From positions 19,849-83,848 of the forward strand of contig JADJBW010000003.1 in the NCBI GenBank assembly GCA_016703525.1: a DNA stretch of 64,000 bases, given 5' to 3'. This document shows positions 63,841 to 64,000 of the stretch, one piece after another (the stretch's first letter is position 1; the number at the start of each line of letters is the position of its first letter). Under the pieces are notes generated by a model, which was given only the letters and a program-made list of their open reading frames with translations, searched no databases and was not told where the DNA came from. A program made the position numbers and the translations under genes. This stretch comes from Actinomycetota bacterium (GTDB taxonomy: Bacteria > Actinomycetota > Acidimicrobiia > Acidimicrobiales > Microtrichaceae).

Positions 63841-64000
63841 CCGTTCGGGCGGGGACGCCGTCCTGACGGTCCGTCGTGGAAGTGGCGGGGTTGGTCAGAC
63901 TCCGCGGACGCCGTTGGCGCTCGACAGGGTGGCGAGCGACGCGATCGCCGGGCGGCCGGATCTACGGTCTATAGAGTGCAACGCGTGAGAGGTCGGGCGA

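Overview
This is a high-GC (~70%) Actinobacteria-type chromosomal segment, densely coding on both strands. Most genes are housekeeping or metabolic. They include two short-chain dehydrogenase/reductase (SDR) oxidoreductases, a nitroreductase, a PPOX/F420-class oxidoreductase, a dienelactone hydrolase, a DUF885 protein, two acyl-CoA dehydrogenases, a MutY-like glycosylase, pyruvate dehydrogenase E1, RNase H, IlvA, MsrB, a flotillin-like protein and an MFS transporter. Cell-envelope genes include an O-antigen-ligase/Wzz fusion, two acyltransferase-3 proteins and a GT39-like glycosyltransferase. Six loci stand out.

1. The Suf Fe-S assembly genes are split and rearranged. The + strand carries sufB, then a ~2.7 kb insertion (MazF-like, GGDEF, Cys-rich and EVE ORFs), then sufD-Rieske-sufC. 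The - strand carries a second sufC followed by sufS and sufU, about 4 kb away.
2. A SWIM zinc-finger gene is translationally coupled to an SNF2 helicase, the HelZ-like arrangement.
3. A minus-strand cluster pairs a hypothetical protein with a WD40 protein built from ~12 near-identical ~120-bp tandem units, followed by a membrane-inserted KAP-family P-loop NTPase. This resembles NLR-like STAND sensors and is the best candidate for an undescribed (possibly defence or signalling) system.
4. A lower-GC 3' island holds an IS66-family element with an 8-bp TSD, an IS3-family element, an IS1380 transposase remnant and a methyltransferase.
5. A small palindromic REP-like motif (CGAACTGGGCCGAT / ATCGGCCCAGTTCG) recurs in intergenic regions.
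6. Strand-asymmetric poly-G low-complexity sequence occurs as an ~850-bp block at 33.7-34.5 kb and as shorter runs at 5.54 kb and 37.1 kb. At least ten genes carry single-base frameshifts, several located in G-runs.

The poly-G tracts and frameshifts point to systematic sequencing or assembly error rather than true pseudogenisation, but this cannot be decided from sequence alone. No rRNA, tRNA or CRISPR array was recognised.
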